Shown here: positions 1-9,943 of the stretch, piece by piece
Layout of the letters: each line of letters starts with the position of its first letter
Numbering within the stretch: the first letter of the stretch is position 1
DNA from: Acidobacteria bacterium 13_1_20CM_58_21
GTDB lineage: Bacteria > Acidobacteriota > Terriglobia > Acidiferrales > UBA7541
Direction: 5' to 3'
Length of the DNA: 51,597 bases
Assembly: GCA_001919715.1 (NCBI GenBank)
Contig: MNIJ01000008.1
Location: 1 to 51,597 of the forward strand
Translations under genes and position numbers: made by a program
Notes under the pieces: model-generated
Databases searched by the model: none
Seen by the model: the letters and a program-made list of their open reading frames with translations, nothing else
What the model was told of the DNA's origin: nothing

Positions 1-1
1 T

Positions 2-184
2 GACGGGTTGATTGTTGGATTTCAAGAGCACGGTTCCGGAAATCATTCCATCCGCATGCTCTGAGCTAAGGACTTGCGCCTGCGCCATCGGCGCCCAGAC
101 GATCGCCGTCATGTTGACGAAGAGGATTGCAAGGAATCCAGCCTCTAATGAACGCTTCTTAACGTTCTGCAATTGGCACAGCAT
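2..184 (-). CDS. N-terminus of a secreted protein (partial, runs off the window edge); signal peptide followed by a carboxypeptidase-regulatory-like start
   Basis: Manual translation from ATG 184: MLCQLQNVKKRSLEAGFLAILFVNMTAIVWAPMAQAQVLSSEHADGMISGTVLLKSNNQPV, open to the edge; basic n-region, hydrophobic h-region, AQA cleavage site, ISGTV motif. Confidence 0.55.
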   Translation of the reverse strand, partial: MLCQLQNVKKRSLEAGFLAILFVNMTAIVWAPMAQAQVLSSEHADGMISGTVLLKSNNQPV

Positions 185-1237
185 CTCGACCTGCTGCGCA
201 CTTTTGAGGCATTGCCTCAGGAGACTGGCGGTTGGGGGAGTCAATCCACACGGCTGCGAACTGCCACTTCCAACAGTCACCTTCAGGCTGCGGTCGTGGT
301 CTCGTCAGCGCCGCTTTGCACCATTCCCCAGAAACCAACCGTCGTGTGCGCGGACCAATACCACAATCTCTGCACCGCACATGCCACGGCGCTCGCCACT
401 TCACCCGCCGCCCGGCATGCCGCTCAAGAAAATGGGTTCGCAGAAGCGGCTTTACGCCCCTATCTTCTTTTTTTTCATTGCGGCAGTGCCGTCATCCTTC
501 CTTAAGAATATTCTTTCCGCGTCCCTCGGAGTTCTCGTGATTGAACTGACTCCCACTGTCGCGGCTGTCGGGAACTGTCTCAACCAGCGACACCACATGC
601 CACCTTGACTCACTTTGAGATTCGCAAGCCCTCAGTTCGTCGTCCGCAACGGAGTTCCCCGTCGCCAAATCCAACGAGCAGGAGATTCGTTAAGGTGCCG
701 ACCGGCACGCCAGTCGAAAGGGTTGGTCGATGGCGTCAACGGATGGACGCTTCGGATTACCGATGTGGCGGCGCGCGAAATTCGCCGCATCAGGATTCGG
801 ACTCTCAATGCCATTGAGGTTCACCCGCCGTATGCTCAATCTCCGAAGGGTCGCAGCGATCGATATTGCCTTTGGGTATAAGTTCTAGCCGAGTATTTCT
901 TTGGCATGTCCTTGTCGGCCTCTTCGTCCTGTTGGGGGGGCATTCGTGGTGACAGGCTGGCTGGGCGCCTACCTCAGCCGCCAGATTTCCTGAGGCTTTA
1001 GCATCCTAACCATGCGTCTGCGCCTGAATTCTCGATTTGACTCTGGGCTTTGATCAGCTTGATGCGCACTCCTCATGTGCTCTTGCGTTTCTCGCGTTTT
1101 TCGACCCTTTAGAATCAGTCTCTTACATACTCTTTGGGGTCGCAGCGCGTAAGGTAACTCTGGCATTTTAGTCCGTTCACCTGCATTAGGCGCTGTTCGA
1201 CAAAAACAGGCGGTGGGGCTACTCGGGCTACGCTGAA

Positions 1238-1256
1238 CCTCAAGTTTAACTTGAGG
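1238..1256. promoter_or_regulatory. SoxR/MerR-type operator-like palindrome
   Basis: CCTCAAGTT-T-AACTTGAGG perfect 9-bp inverted repeat; equals the E. coli SoxR box CCTCAAGTTAACTTGAGG plus one central base. Confidence 0.4.
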
Positions 1257-1535
1257 ATTTGCCTAAAGCCCCTGATTACAAAAAGCTTAACGGATCTATA
1301 TCCACGAGCACGGTCGGTTGTGGAATCTGCTTGACGTCGCCACACGCCACTCGCGCCGCTCAGCAGCTTCATCATCCTTGTCCCCGGCATGCTCGTTCAT
1401 TTCTTCTTGGCAAGACATTCGACCGAGGCCTTCGGGGATTTGTCCGTTATCCAATTCCCGGAACTTTGTCTATTCCCGTGGTGTCAAAAGAATGGTTTCA
1501 GTGCAGGGCGCGAGTTTGTCTGTTCGTTCAAGGGG

Positions 1536-2312
1536 ATGGCCGTGCTCGAAGCGATCGCCCTGGCGAAATTCTACGGCTCCGTTCCTGCAGTTCGAGAAGT
1601 CACATTTCGCCTCGAGCCCGGCCAGGTGCTCGGATACCTGGGCCCCAATGGCTCGGGAAAAAGTACCACCGTAAGAGTGCTCACCGGCCTGCTGCAACCG
1701 ACTCATGGCCAAGTTCTCTTCGAGGGCAAAGACATTCAAAACAATCTGGTATCTTATCGAAAGCGGCTCGGCTACGTTCCTGAAGAAGCCAATCTGTATC
1801 CGTTTCTCACCGGCCAGGAATATCTGGAGATGATCGGAACTCTTCGCGCCATGTCTCCGAAGCGAATGAAAATCAAGATCAGCTCCCTCCTCGAGCTTTT
1901 CTCTCTGTTTGCTCATCGGCATGTTTCTCTGGGCTCCTACTCCAAAGGGATGCGCCAGCGCGTCCTCCTGATCGCCGCGCTTATGGACAATCCCGATGTG
2001 CTCATCTTGGACGAACCGCTCTCCGGCCTCGACGTAACTTCTGTGCTCATCTTCAAGAACCTCATCCCGGCATTCAGCGCGCGAGGAAAATCCGTTTTCT
2101 ATTGCTCGCATATTCTCGAAGTCGTCGAAAAAGTATGCTCGCAGCTTCTGATTCTCCGAAAGGGCCAGGTTATCGCCTACGGCTCAGCGGACGACGTTCG
2201 CCGGCGGATCGGCCAGTCCTCGCTGGAACGCATCTTTTTGCAACTCCTGGAAGACAGAGACGTCGTGCAGGTCGCCAACGAGATCGTGGATGTGGTGGTG
2301 TCTCCATCGTGA
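1536..2312 (+). CDS. ABC transporter ATP-binding protein
   Basis: Walker A GPNGSGKST, signature YSKGMRQR, Walker B LILDEP, H-loop SH; start taken at ATG 1536 after AAGGGG. Confidence 0.93.
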   Translation: MAVLEAIALAKFYGSVPAVREVTFRLEPGQVLGYLGPNGSGKSTTVRVLTGLLQPTHGQVLFEGKDIQNNLVSYRKRLGYVPEEANLYPFLTGQEYLEMIGTLRAMSPKRMKIKISSLLELFSLFAHRHVSLGSYSKGMRQRVLLIAALMDNPDVLILDEPLSGLDVTSVLIFKNLIPAFSARGKSVFYCSHILEVVEKVCSQLLILRKGQVIAYGSADDVRRRIGQSSLERIFLQLLEDRDVVQVANEIVDVVVSPS

Positions 2313-4051
2313 ATTCTTGGAAGCAGTCCCTCGCAGAGCGGTGGATGGTTTTGTCGCAACGTCCCTCGCTGCAATTGTTGCGCCTGTTCGCTGAACGCAT
2401 GCTTCACGGCGGCGGAGAACTCGGCGCGGACGATTTGGACCTTGGTATGGGTGTGGTGCTCATCTTGTTGGCCATGCCGGGAGTTCTGGTCTCTCTTCTC
2501 ATGTTTGAGAAGTTTGGCTCGCTAATTCGTTTCCTGCGCGGTGACGGCGTATTCGATCCCTATATCGCCACCGTTCCAGACGAATATTTCTTCATCGTGC
2601 TGTCCATGGCCGTCAGTTGCGCCGCGACGCTGTGGCGGTGGAACTCCATTTTTCTGGACCGCCGCGACTACCTCAATCTCGTACCACTGCCCATCTCGCT
2701 GACCAGGATTTTCTTTGCGAATGTGTCCGCTATCTTCGCTCTGACGGCCCTGCTCACCATGGTGGTGAACGCCGCTTCCTTTGTGTTATTTCCGATCGCG
2801 GTCGTGGGTTCGCAAGGATCTTTCTCTAAGCTTCTTCGGTTTGCGTTTGGACATGCCATTTCCGTCAGTCTGAGCAGCGCATTCAGTTTCCTGGCCATCT
2901 TTGCGCTCTCGGGTACTCTAATGGCGTGCCTTCCCTACCGCATTTTCCGCAAAGTCTCGGTGTACGTCCGTTTTGCGGTCGCGCTCTGTCTCCTGGCCAT
3001 GCTGGCTACAAGCATTACGATATCTTCTGTTCTCTCGGGCGGCTCACAGTTGATTTACCTGCGGCTCGGCGGACTGCCTCCCGCCTGGTTTCTTGGGCTG
3101 ACCGAAACACTGTGGGGCAACGGTCACGATATTTTCTTCGCTTCCTTGACGCGAAGGGCCATAACTTCGTTGGGACTGGCACTGCTCGTTTCCGTCATTG
3201 CTTATACTTTCAGCTTTCGCAGATCATTCGTCCGCATCCCGGAATTCGCCGATGTTGGCCCGCTGCCGCGAGGCCGACGTTTCTGGCTGCCTGCAAACTT
3301 TCTGGATGCCACAATTCTCCGCGGTGCAAAGCTGCGCGCCTGCTACCACTTTGTTTCGCGCACACTATTGCGAAGCGATGCCCACTTGCAGATTGTCCTG
3401 GCCTTCGCGGCACTGGGTCTCGTTGTTGCCGCACAGACCGTGAATGCCGCCTACCACTCCGGCTTTTCACTAGCTGCACAACCCCCTGCCGAGGAACTCC
3501 TTTCCTTACCGTTTATCCTGAGCTACTGCCTCCTCGTGGGAATACGCTTGGCCTTCGAGGTCCCTTCAGATTTGCCCGCCAATTGGATCTTCAAGCTCTG
3601 GATCGAGCCTGACGGGGAACTGCCTCGCCAAGTCGCCAGAAGAGTGCTTCTCACATTCTCTCTCGGCTGGCTTGCTCCCCTATGTTTTCTCTACTCCGCC
3701 CTATTGTGGGGATGGCTTACTGCGCTGCTGCAAACCGTCGTTCTCATTGCTTGCTCGGTCGTTTTTGTGGAAGTTCTGCTCGTGCGCTTCCGCAAGATTC
3801 CTTTCACGTGCTCTTACCCCGCCTTCCAGAGCCAATCTACGCTTGTCCCTGTTGCTTACCTCATCGGCTTCGTGGCCTTCGCGATCTACATTCCCCGAAT
3901 CGTGCAGTGGTCCCTGGTCACTCGATGGGGAGCCGCTGGTTTCATGCCCGTGGTTCTCCTCAGCCTCGGCGGCTTGCGTCAATTCCGTAAACAGCTGCTG
4001 GACATGGATAAGAGACTCGTCTTCGACGAAGACTCCGCTTCTAGTTTCTGA
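2309..4051 (+). CDS. Polytopic membrane protein, probable ABC permease partner
   Basis: GTG start overlaps the ATPase stop (GTGA); many hydrophobic segments; D-x-x-N-L-x-P-L-P and C-terminal KIPFTCSY motifs. Confidence 0.8.
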   Translation: MNSWKQSLAERWMVLSQRPSLQLLRLFAERMLHGGGELGADDLDLGMGVVLILLAMPGVLVSLLMFEKFGSLIRFLRGDGVFDPYIATVPDEYFFIVLSMAVSCAATLWRWNSIFLDRRDYLNLVPLPISLTRIFFANVSAIFALTALLTMVVNAASFVLFPIAVVGSQGSFSKLLRFAFGHAISVSLSSAFSFLAIFALSGTLMACLPYRIFRKVSVYVRFAVALCLLAMLATSITISSVLSGGSQLIYLRLGGLPPAWFLGLTETLWGNGHDIFFASLTRRAITSLGLALLVSVIAYTFSFRRSFVRIPEFADVGPLPRGRRFWLPANFLDATILRGAKLRACYHFVSRTLLRSDAHLQIVLAFAALGLVVAAQTVNAAYHSGFSLAAQPPAEELLSLPFILSYCLLVGIRLAFEVPSDLPANWIFKLWIEPDGELPRQVARRVLLTFSLGWLAPLCFLYSALLWGWLTALLQTVVLIACSVVFVEVLLVRFRKIPFTCSYPAFQSQSTLVPVAYLIGFVAFAIYIPRIVQWSLVTRWGAAGFMPVVLLSLGGLRQFRKQLLDMDKRLVFDEDSASSF

Positions 4052-4080
4052 GGAGCGTTCAGCGGATCTCTAGAATCGAC

Positions 4081-6606
4081 TCACAATAGGCTCAGTGCGT
4101 CCATATCCACGAGCACCGCACTTTGGGGAATCTCTTTGGCGTCGCAATATGCCATCGCGCCAGTAAGCACTCTCGTCAACACCGACCGTTTCGGCGATTT
4201 CAGAAGAAACTGGAATCGGTGTTCCTTCTTCAGTCGCGCCAGCGGTGCCGTCGCTGGTCCTAGGATGCGAACGCTTTCGCCGTCATGCGGAGAAAAGTAC
4301 TCCGAAAGCTGCCGCGACCATCGAATCGCCTTTTCCAGGCTGGTATCGCGTACGATCACATTGGCTAGCGACGTGAACGGCGGATACGCCATCATCCGCC
4401 GGAAGTGCAACTCGCGCTCGAAGAACGCGGTGTAATCCTGCTTCACCGCGTCCTGAATCGCATAATGCTCGGGATAAAATGTCTGAATCAGCACCGCGCC
4501 CTTCAGCTCGCCGCGCCCCGCTCGCCCGGCAACTTGCGTCAGCAACTGAAAGGTGCGTTCCGCAGCGCGAAAATCTGGCAGGCTCAGCGAGGAATCGGCG
4601 CTGACGACACCCACCAGCGTAACGCGCTGAAAATCGTGTCCCTTCGCCAGCATTTGCGTACCGACAAGGATATCCAGCGCCCCGCCCGCGAACGCACCCA
4701 GTGTCTCCTGGTATTGCCGCTTCGTCCGCGCCGTATCCCGGTCCAGCCGGGCAATTCGTGCGCCGGGAAATTCTTTGCGAAGTCTCTCTTCCAGATGCTC
4801 GGAGCCCTCTCCAAAGAAATAGACATATTTCGACTGGCACTTTGGACATTGCTTCGGTATTTGCTGGATCGAACCGCAATAGTGACACTCCAGCCGGTTG
4901 CGGTGTTTGTGATGGGTCATCGATATGCTGCAGTTCACGCACTGCACGGACGAGCCACAACTCCGGCACAGCACCGACCACGAATACCCGCGCCGGTTGA
5001 TCAGCACCAGCGCCTGCGTGCCATTCGCCAAGCACTCATGAATTCCGGCCTGCAGCGCCGCGGAAATCGGGCTCGCCTGATGCCTGTGTTGAAAATCTTC
5101 GCGCAGATCAACAACCTTCACGTTCGCCAGCGCACGGTCTTCCACGCGCGACGCCAGCGTCAGTAACTCATATTTCCCGTTTCGCGCGTGTTGATACGTT
5201 TCCATCGAGGGTGTCGCTGAGCCCAGCAGCGCCAGAGCGCCCTCCATCTTTGCTCGCACGATAGCGACGTCGCGGCCGTGATATCGAGGAGTCTCTTCCT
5301 GCTTGAAGCTATTTTCCTGTTCTTCATCGACGATGATCAGCCCGACGTTTTCCAGCGGCGCAAACACCGCCGACCGCGTCCCAACAACAACGCGCGCGTC
5401 GCCATTCCGGACGCGCCACCATTCGCGCGCTCGCTCGACATCGCTCAGCGCCGAATGCAAGACAGCGACGCCCTCGAATCGCGCGCCAAACCACGACCGG
5501 CACTGTCGCCCGATCCACAGCGTCAACGCAATCTCTGGCACCAGCAGGAGTGCCGTCTTCCCGCGCGCCAGCGTCTCCTGCACCGCGCGCAAATACACTT
5601 CGGTCTTCCCGCTGCCCGTCACACCATGGAGCAGCTGCACGCCGAATTCGCCCAACTCAAACCGCGCGCGTATGGCCTTCAAGACACTCTCCTGTTCGGC
5701 ATTCAATTCATGCGCCGGAGGCGAGTACCCCACATCAAATGGATCCTCGGTCGGATCAATCGGCTCCTCCCAACTTTCCAGCAACCCGTCGCGCAGCATC
5801 CGCTCGACCACTGCCCTGGTCACTTGCGCCAGCTTCAAGAGTTGGGGCAGAGGCAGCGGCCCACGCTCCGTCTCGAGCAATTCTTGCACGCGTTCTTCTC
5901 TGCCCACGATCTGCGCACTCTGCCTGCCCTGAGCGTTGCCAAGAGGCGTTTCCGCGTTATCCTTTTCCTGGCCTTCCTTCTGCGTCAGTTTTTCAGCCGC
6001 CGCCCGGCTACCCTTCCAAGCGATCACTCGCTGCGTTCTTGGCTTTCTTCCCTGCACGGTCTCCCGAAGTTCAATGAGTCCGCGGCGTCGCAGCCGCTGC
6101 AACCCGGAAGGGTTGGTGCCCAACCTTGCCGCTGGACCCAGCGGCAGCGTTCCTTTCTTTTCCTTCAATCTTGAGAGAAACGCTGTCTCTTCGGGAGTGA
6201 GCCCAGGCGACAATTCACCGCCGCTCAAGCTGTCCACCGTTTCACGCCCCGCATCCGTCAAGATAATCTGGCGGTGTGATCTTAGCTCTGTTACCGGTGG
6301 CAGCATCGCGCGAAAGACTTCGCCGGTCGGTGCCAAGTAATACGCGGCGATCCAGTTCGACAGCTCGATCAGCTTCGGCGTCAGCGCGGGAACAAAATCC
6401 AATATACGGGTGAGCTCACGAATTTTTGCCCCGTGCGGGGCGCTCTCCGCCATTTCCACAACGACGCCGACCATCGCTTTCTTCCTGAACGGCACGAGCA
6501 CGCGGCTGCCTGGCTGCACGGTTCCTCGCAACGTCTCCGGAACCGCGTACGTAAACGTCGCGCGCAGCGGCACGGGCAGTGCGACATTGCAGAAAGGAGG
6601 AGTCAT
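4081..6606 (-). CDS. priA: Primosomal protein N' (replication restart helicase)
   Basis: N-terminal VALPVP..FTY, GVTGSGKTEVY, DEEQE, SATPS, Cys-rich CxxC zinc motifs, GTQMLAKGHDF, QVAGRAGR; start MTPPF at 6606. Confidence 0.97.
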   Translation of the reverse strand: MTPPFCNVALPVPLRATFTYAVPETLRGTVQPGSRVLVPFRKKAMVGVVVEMAESAPHGAKIRELTRILDFVPALTPKLIELSNWIAAYYLAPTGEVFRAMLPPVTELRSHRQIILTDAGRETVDSLSGGELSPGLTPEETAFLSRLKEKKGTLPLGPAARLGTNPSGLQRLRRRGLIELRETVQGRKPRTQRVIAWKGSRAAAEKLTQKEGQEKDNAETPLGNAQGRQSAQIVGREERVQELLETERGPLPLPQLLKLAQVTRAVVERMLRDGLLESWEEPIDPTEDPFDVGYSPPAHELNAEQESVLKAIRARFELGEFGVQLLHGVTGSGKTEVYLRAVQETLARGKTALLLVPEIALTLWIGRQCRSWFGARFEGVAVLHSALSDVERAREWWRVRNGDARVVVGTRSAVFAPLENVGLIIVDEEQENSFKQEETPRYHGRDVAIVRAKMEGALALLGSATPSMETYQHARNGKYELLTLASRVEDRALANVKVVDLREDFQHRHQASPISAALQAGIHECLANGTQALVLINRRGYSWSVLCRSCGSSVQCVNCSISMTHHKHRNRLECHYCGSIQQIPKQCPKCQSKYVYFFGEGSEHLEERLRKEFPGARIARLDRDTARTKRQYQETLGAFAGGALDILVGTQMLAKGHDFQRVTLVGVVSADSSLSLPDFRAAERTFQLLTQVAGRAGRGELKGAVLIQTFYPEHYAIQDAVKQDYTAFFERELHFRRMMAYPPFTSLANVIVRDTSLEKAIRWSRQLSEYFSPHDGESVRILGPATAPLARLKKEHRFQFLLKSPKRSVLTRVLTGAMAYCDAKEIPQSAVLVDMDALSLL
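5922..5946 (-). repeat. REP-like element remnant inside the priA coding frame
   Basis: Minus strand CCTCTTGGCAACGCTCAGGGCAGGC resembles the CCCTTCGACTNCGCTCAGGGCAGGC palindromic repeat type; lies in a low-complexity linker. Confidence 0.4.
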
Positions 6607-6615
6607 CCCGCGTGT

Positions 6616-6624
6616 AGTGTACCA
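6616..6624 (-). promoter_or_regulatory. Extended -10 promoter (TGgTACACT) for priA, near-leaderless
   Basis: TGnTACACT ends 9 nt before the ATG; no SD. Confidence 0.5.
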
Positions 6625-6682
6625 GCACGAGGAAATGCGGAAGAAAGCGCGGATAAGAAGGATGCAGGGTGAAACAAGAAAT

Positions 6683-7555
6683 CTACCAGCTGAGGAGAAC
6701 AATTCCGGCGAAAATCGTGACGATCCCTGTCCATTGCCAGCGCGACACATGCTCCTTGAGGAAAATGGCCGCGAGGCCGACGGTGACCGCTCCGTACAGC
6801 GAACCAAGAACGCTGATTACCGCAACCTGTTCCATTTTCATGCCGAAATTGCTGAGGACAAAGGCACCAGTATCGAACGCGCCCATTGCCAGTGCCATCC
6901 AGCGCACGTCGCCACGTGGAAGACGCATGGGCTGTCTGGAAACGAGGATTACGGCCGCGCTGAGCCCCGAACTGGTCAAACGGATCATCCATACAGTTTG
7001 AATGGCGCCGACGCGCGGGATGACGCGAATTCCGAGCAACCAAAACAGCACCGCGAAGCCCACAGCAGCAAACACGGCCAAGCCGATTCCCCGGCCGCTG
7101 CTCTGCGCGGCGGCAGCATTGTTCTCGTCCGGTGTTTTTTCTCCACGAGCGACAACTATGACTCCCACCAGTGTGCAGATGATTCCGATGATTCTCACGA
7201 TGCCCAGCCGCTCGCCGGTCATGCAGGAAAGCAGCAGCGTCAACGCGGGATAACTGGCCGAGAGTGGAGCCACCACGGCCATTTTTCCAATCTCAAACGC
7301 ACGGTAGAGCGCCAGTCCCGACATCGCATTGAAGCTTCCCGCCAAGAAGCCCCAAGCCCAGGGCTGCCAACCCGAACCATCCGCGAGATGCCCCCAACCA
7401 CCGAGAACGGGAAGAAGAAAAGTGAGCAACAAAAAACCCGTCAGTTGCATGTACAACATGGAACGGAGAGCGCCAATGCGATGCGTGGCAAAACGCGCAA
7501 TGAAATCCGCGCCGCCCCAGGTCAGCGACGTCAGCAGGCCCAGCAGAATTCCCAT
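6683..7555 (-). CDS. DMT/EamA family transporter
   Basis: Two EamA-like repeats, about 10 TM segments; ends GLAAIFLKEHVSRWQWTGI. Confidence 0.9.
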   Translation of the reverse strand: MGILLGLLTSLTWGGADFIARFATHRIGALRSMLYMQLTGFLLLTFLLPVLGGWGHLADGSGWQPWAWGFLAGSFNAMSGLALYRAFEIGKMAVVAPLSASYPALTLLLSCMTGERLGIVRIIGIICTLVGVIVVARGEKTPDENNAAAAQSSGRGIGLAVFAAVGFAVLFWLLGIRVIPRVGAIQTVWMIRLTSSGLSAAVILVSRQPMRLPRGDVRWMALAMGAFDTGAFVLSNFGMKMEQVAVISVLGSLYGAVTVGLAAIFLKEHVSRWQWTGIVTIFAGIVLLSW

Positions 7556-7561
7556 GATAAG

Positions 7562-8449
7562 TTAGGAGGACTTGCCTTTCTTCACTTCGAGGCCCAGCAC
7601 GGCCATGACTTTTTGGAGATCCTTCCAGACTTCACTCTTCGCGGGCGGATTGCGCAGCAAATAGGCGGGGTGATAGGTCGCCAGCAATTTTCTTCCGCGA
7701 AATTCCAGCCACTCCCCGCGAAACTGAGAAATTCCGCGATTGGTCTGGAGCAAGGTCTTTGCCGCGACGGCACCCAGACAGACAATCACTTTGGGAGCGA
7801 TGACATCGATCTGGCGCAAAAGAAACGGCGAGCACGTGCTTACTTCGTCTTCTTCCGGCTGGCGATTCTCCGGAGGCCGGCACTTCACCACATTGCAGAT
7901 GTACACGTCTTTCCGTTGCAGTCCCATCGCTTCTATCATCTGCGTCAGCAGTCTTCCCGCGCGCCCGACGAACGGCAATCCTTGGGCGTCTTCATCAGCG
8001 CCCGGGCCTTCGCCCACAAAGACCAGCTCGGCCCTGGGATTTCCGTCGCCGAAAACAATTTTCTGCCGCGTGCCGTGGAGCTTGCAGCGGGTGCATTCGC
8101 CAAGATTCTCACGAATCTTGAGCAGCGTGTCGTCCGCAATCCTGTCCGCGGCTTCGAAAAGCGACGGTCCCGCAGCCACCGGCAAAGACGCGATCTTGAG
8201 GCTCACCGGCGCCACGACTGGGGCAGTGTTTTGCAATGCGAGCTTTCCCGTGGGCTTCGGCAAGGTCGTTTTCCTTTGAAGATCTATGGTTGAGAGTTGG
8301 GCAACGTCAGGAATTTCCAGCCGGCGCGCGACATCCGGCGCAGCTCCCTTTCCGCGGTCCCGATAGAACAACCGGATTCCGAGGTCTTGGTAGAAACTGA
8401 GGCGGTCCGCTAATCTCTTCTGGAGGGTTTCGGGAATGCGCTCGGGCAT
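7562..8449 (-). CDS. Uracil-DNA glycosylase, family 4 (Fe-S type)
   Basis: CTRCKL, VGEGPGADED, PFVGRAG, NVVKCRPPENR, TYHPAYLLRNP. Confidence 0.95.
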   Translation of the reverse strand: MPERIPETLQKRLADRLSFYQDLGIRLFYRDRGKGAAPDVARRLEIPDVAQLSTIDLQRKTTLPKPTGKLALQNTAPVVAPVSLKIASLPVAAGPSLFEAADRIADDTLLKIRENLGECTRCKLHGTRQKIVFGDGNPRAELVFVGEGPGADEDAQGLPFVGRAGRLLTQMIEAMGLQRKDVYICNVVKCRPPENRQPEEDEVSTCSPFLLRQIDVIAPKVIVCLGAVAAKTLLQTNRGISQFRGEWLEFRGRKLLATYHPAYLLRNPPAKSEVWKDLQKVMAVLGLEVKKGKSS

Positions 8450-8456
8450 GGCGAGA

Positions 8457-9698
8457 TCAAACGCTGGAGCGCTTCAGCGCAGCCGCTGTGTGCAGCACGC
8501 TTCGCAAACGCACGACTTCATCCAATATCCGCTGCGCCACTTCGCTCTTGCTCATTTTCGGAAGCGCCAGGTCGCGTCCATCGCGGGAAAAGAGTGTCAC
8601 AATATTCGTATCATGGTCGAACCCCGCGCCTTCGGCGGTGATGTCGTTGGCCACGATCAGATCGGCGTTCTTTGCAGAGAGTTTCTTCCGCGCGTTCTCC
8701 GCGACGTGGTCCGTCTCCGCCGCAAAGCCCACCACGATTTTCTGGCCCTTGTTTCTCGCCACCTCCGCCAGAATGTCCGTGGTCCGCTCGAGTAAAATCG
8801 TCAGTACCGCGTCGCTCTTCTTGATCTTTTCCGCGTGCTGCTCCACCGGACGGTAATCCGCCACCGCCGCTGCAAGAATGGCGACGGAACAATTGGCAAT
8901 CCGCTCAACGACGGCTTGATGCATTTCTTTCGCGCTGCGCACGCCAAGGTATTCCACACCCGCGGGGGCTTCCAAATTCACTGGTCCGCTCACGAGCATG
9001 ACCTTCGCGCCGCGCCGCGCCGCTGCTTCCGCGACCGCATAGCCCATCTTCCCGGACGAGCGGTTGGTGATGTAGCGAGCTGGATCAAGGTCTTCGCAAG
9101 TCGGGCCGGCCGTTACCAGAACCTTCTCTCCGTCCAAATCCCGCTGCGCTTTCAGCGCCTCGCGTACGGCGGCGACAATATCTTCCTGCCCGGCCAGCCG
9201 TCCCGCGCCGGTCATGCCACACGCGAGGTAGCCCTCGGCTGGGTCAACGATTTTTACGCCGCGCGCGCGCAGCACCTCGACATTTTCTTGGTTGGCCGCG
9301 TGGTTCCACATGTTCACGTTCATGGCCGGCGCCACCACCACCGGCGCCGTTGATGCCAGGTACAAAGTCGTCAGAAAGTCGTCAGCCATCCCGCGCGCAA
9401 ATTTTGCAATGATATCCGCCGTGGCCGGCGCGACCAGCAGCAGATCCGTCCGCTGGGCAACCGCGAGGTGTTCGATGGCGCTTTCCAGATTTGCTTCGCC
9501 GCCCGAAGCATCGCCGAAGAGGTCGGTGATGACCTTCTGTCCGCTCAGTGCCGCAAACGTCAGCGGCGTGACGAACTCCCGAGCCCCGCGGGTCATCACC
9601 ACCTGCACGGTGAACCCGTCCTGCTGCAAACGGCGCACCAGCTCCGCGGCTTTGTAAGCCGCCACTCCGCCGGTCACACCAAGCGTGATGCGCATCAC
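8457..9698 (-). CDS. coaBC: Bifunctional phosphopantothenoylcysteine decarboxylase/ligase
   Basis: GVTGGVAAYKA, APATA, PAMNVNM, LACGMTGAGR, TAGPTCE..D..RYITNRSSGKMG, AAVADY, VGFAAET. Confidence 0.97.
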   Translation of the reverse strand: MMRITLGVTGGVAAYKAAELVRRLQQDGFTVQVVMTRGAREFVTPLTFAALSGQKVITDLFGDASGGEANLESAIEHLAVAQRTDLLLVAPATADIIAKFARGMADDFLTTLYLASTAPVVVAPAMNVNMWNHAANQENVEVLRARGVKIVDPAEGYLACGMTGAGRLAGQEDIVAAVREALKAQRDLDGEKVLVTAGPTCEDLDPARYITNRSSGKMGYAVAEAAARRGAKVMLVSGPVNLEAPAGVEYLGVRSAKEMHQAVVERIANCSVAILAAAVADYRPVEQHAEKIKKSDAVLTILLERTTDILAEVARNKGQKIVVGFAAETDHVAENARKKLSAKNADLIVANDITAEGAGFDHDTNIVTLFSRDGRDLALPKMSKSEVAQRILDEVVRLRSVLHTAAALKRSSV

Positions 9699-9714
9699 TG
9701 CCTTTCTCGGCGCG

Positions 9715-9942
9715 CTACTTCCGTCGCTTATTGCCGTCCTTATCCGTATCGATCGATGCCGGCTCTGTGAATTCGTACTCGATCAGGCTGTGCTCCAGCT
9801 CTTCGCACGCGATCCGCGTGGCTTTCAATGTTCTTGGGTTCTCGATCAGCGACGGCGCGCCTGCCATGATCTGCCGCGCACGCCTCGCCGCCAGCACCAC
9901 GTACGCAAACTGGCTCTCCGGAGCTTTTGTCTGCACAGTCAT
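9715..9942 (-). CDS. rpoZ: RNA polymerase subunit omega
   Basis: SQFAYVVLAARRARQI...KATRIACEEL; position between gmk and coaBC. Confidence 0.9.
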   Translation of the reverse strand: MTVQTKAPESQFAYVVLAARRARQIMAGAPSLIENPRTLKATRIACEELEHSLIEYEFTEPASIDTDKDGNKRRK

Positions 9943-9943
9943 T

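Noticed and set aside
200-1100. Several short overlapping ORFs
   Set aside because: No family motif or consistent coding signal; possibly decayed sequence, but not assignable.
6410-8293. 627-aa plus-strand ORF, and similar long antisense ORFs at 12330-13373, 26052-27107, 36002-37324 and 46044-47162
   Set aside because: Antisense shadows of well-supported genes in GC-rich DNA; no recognisable motifs.
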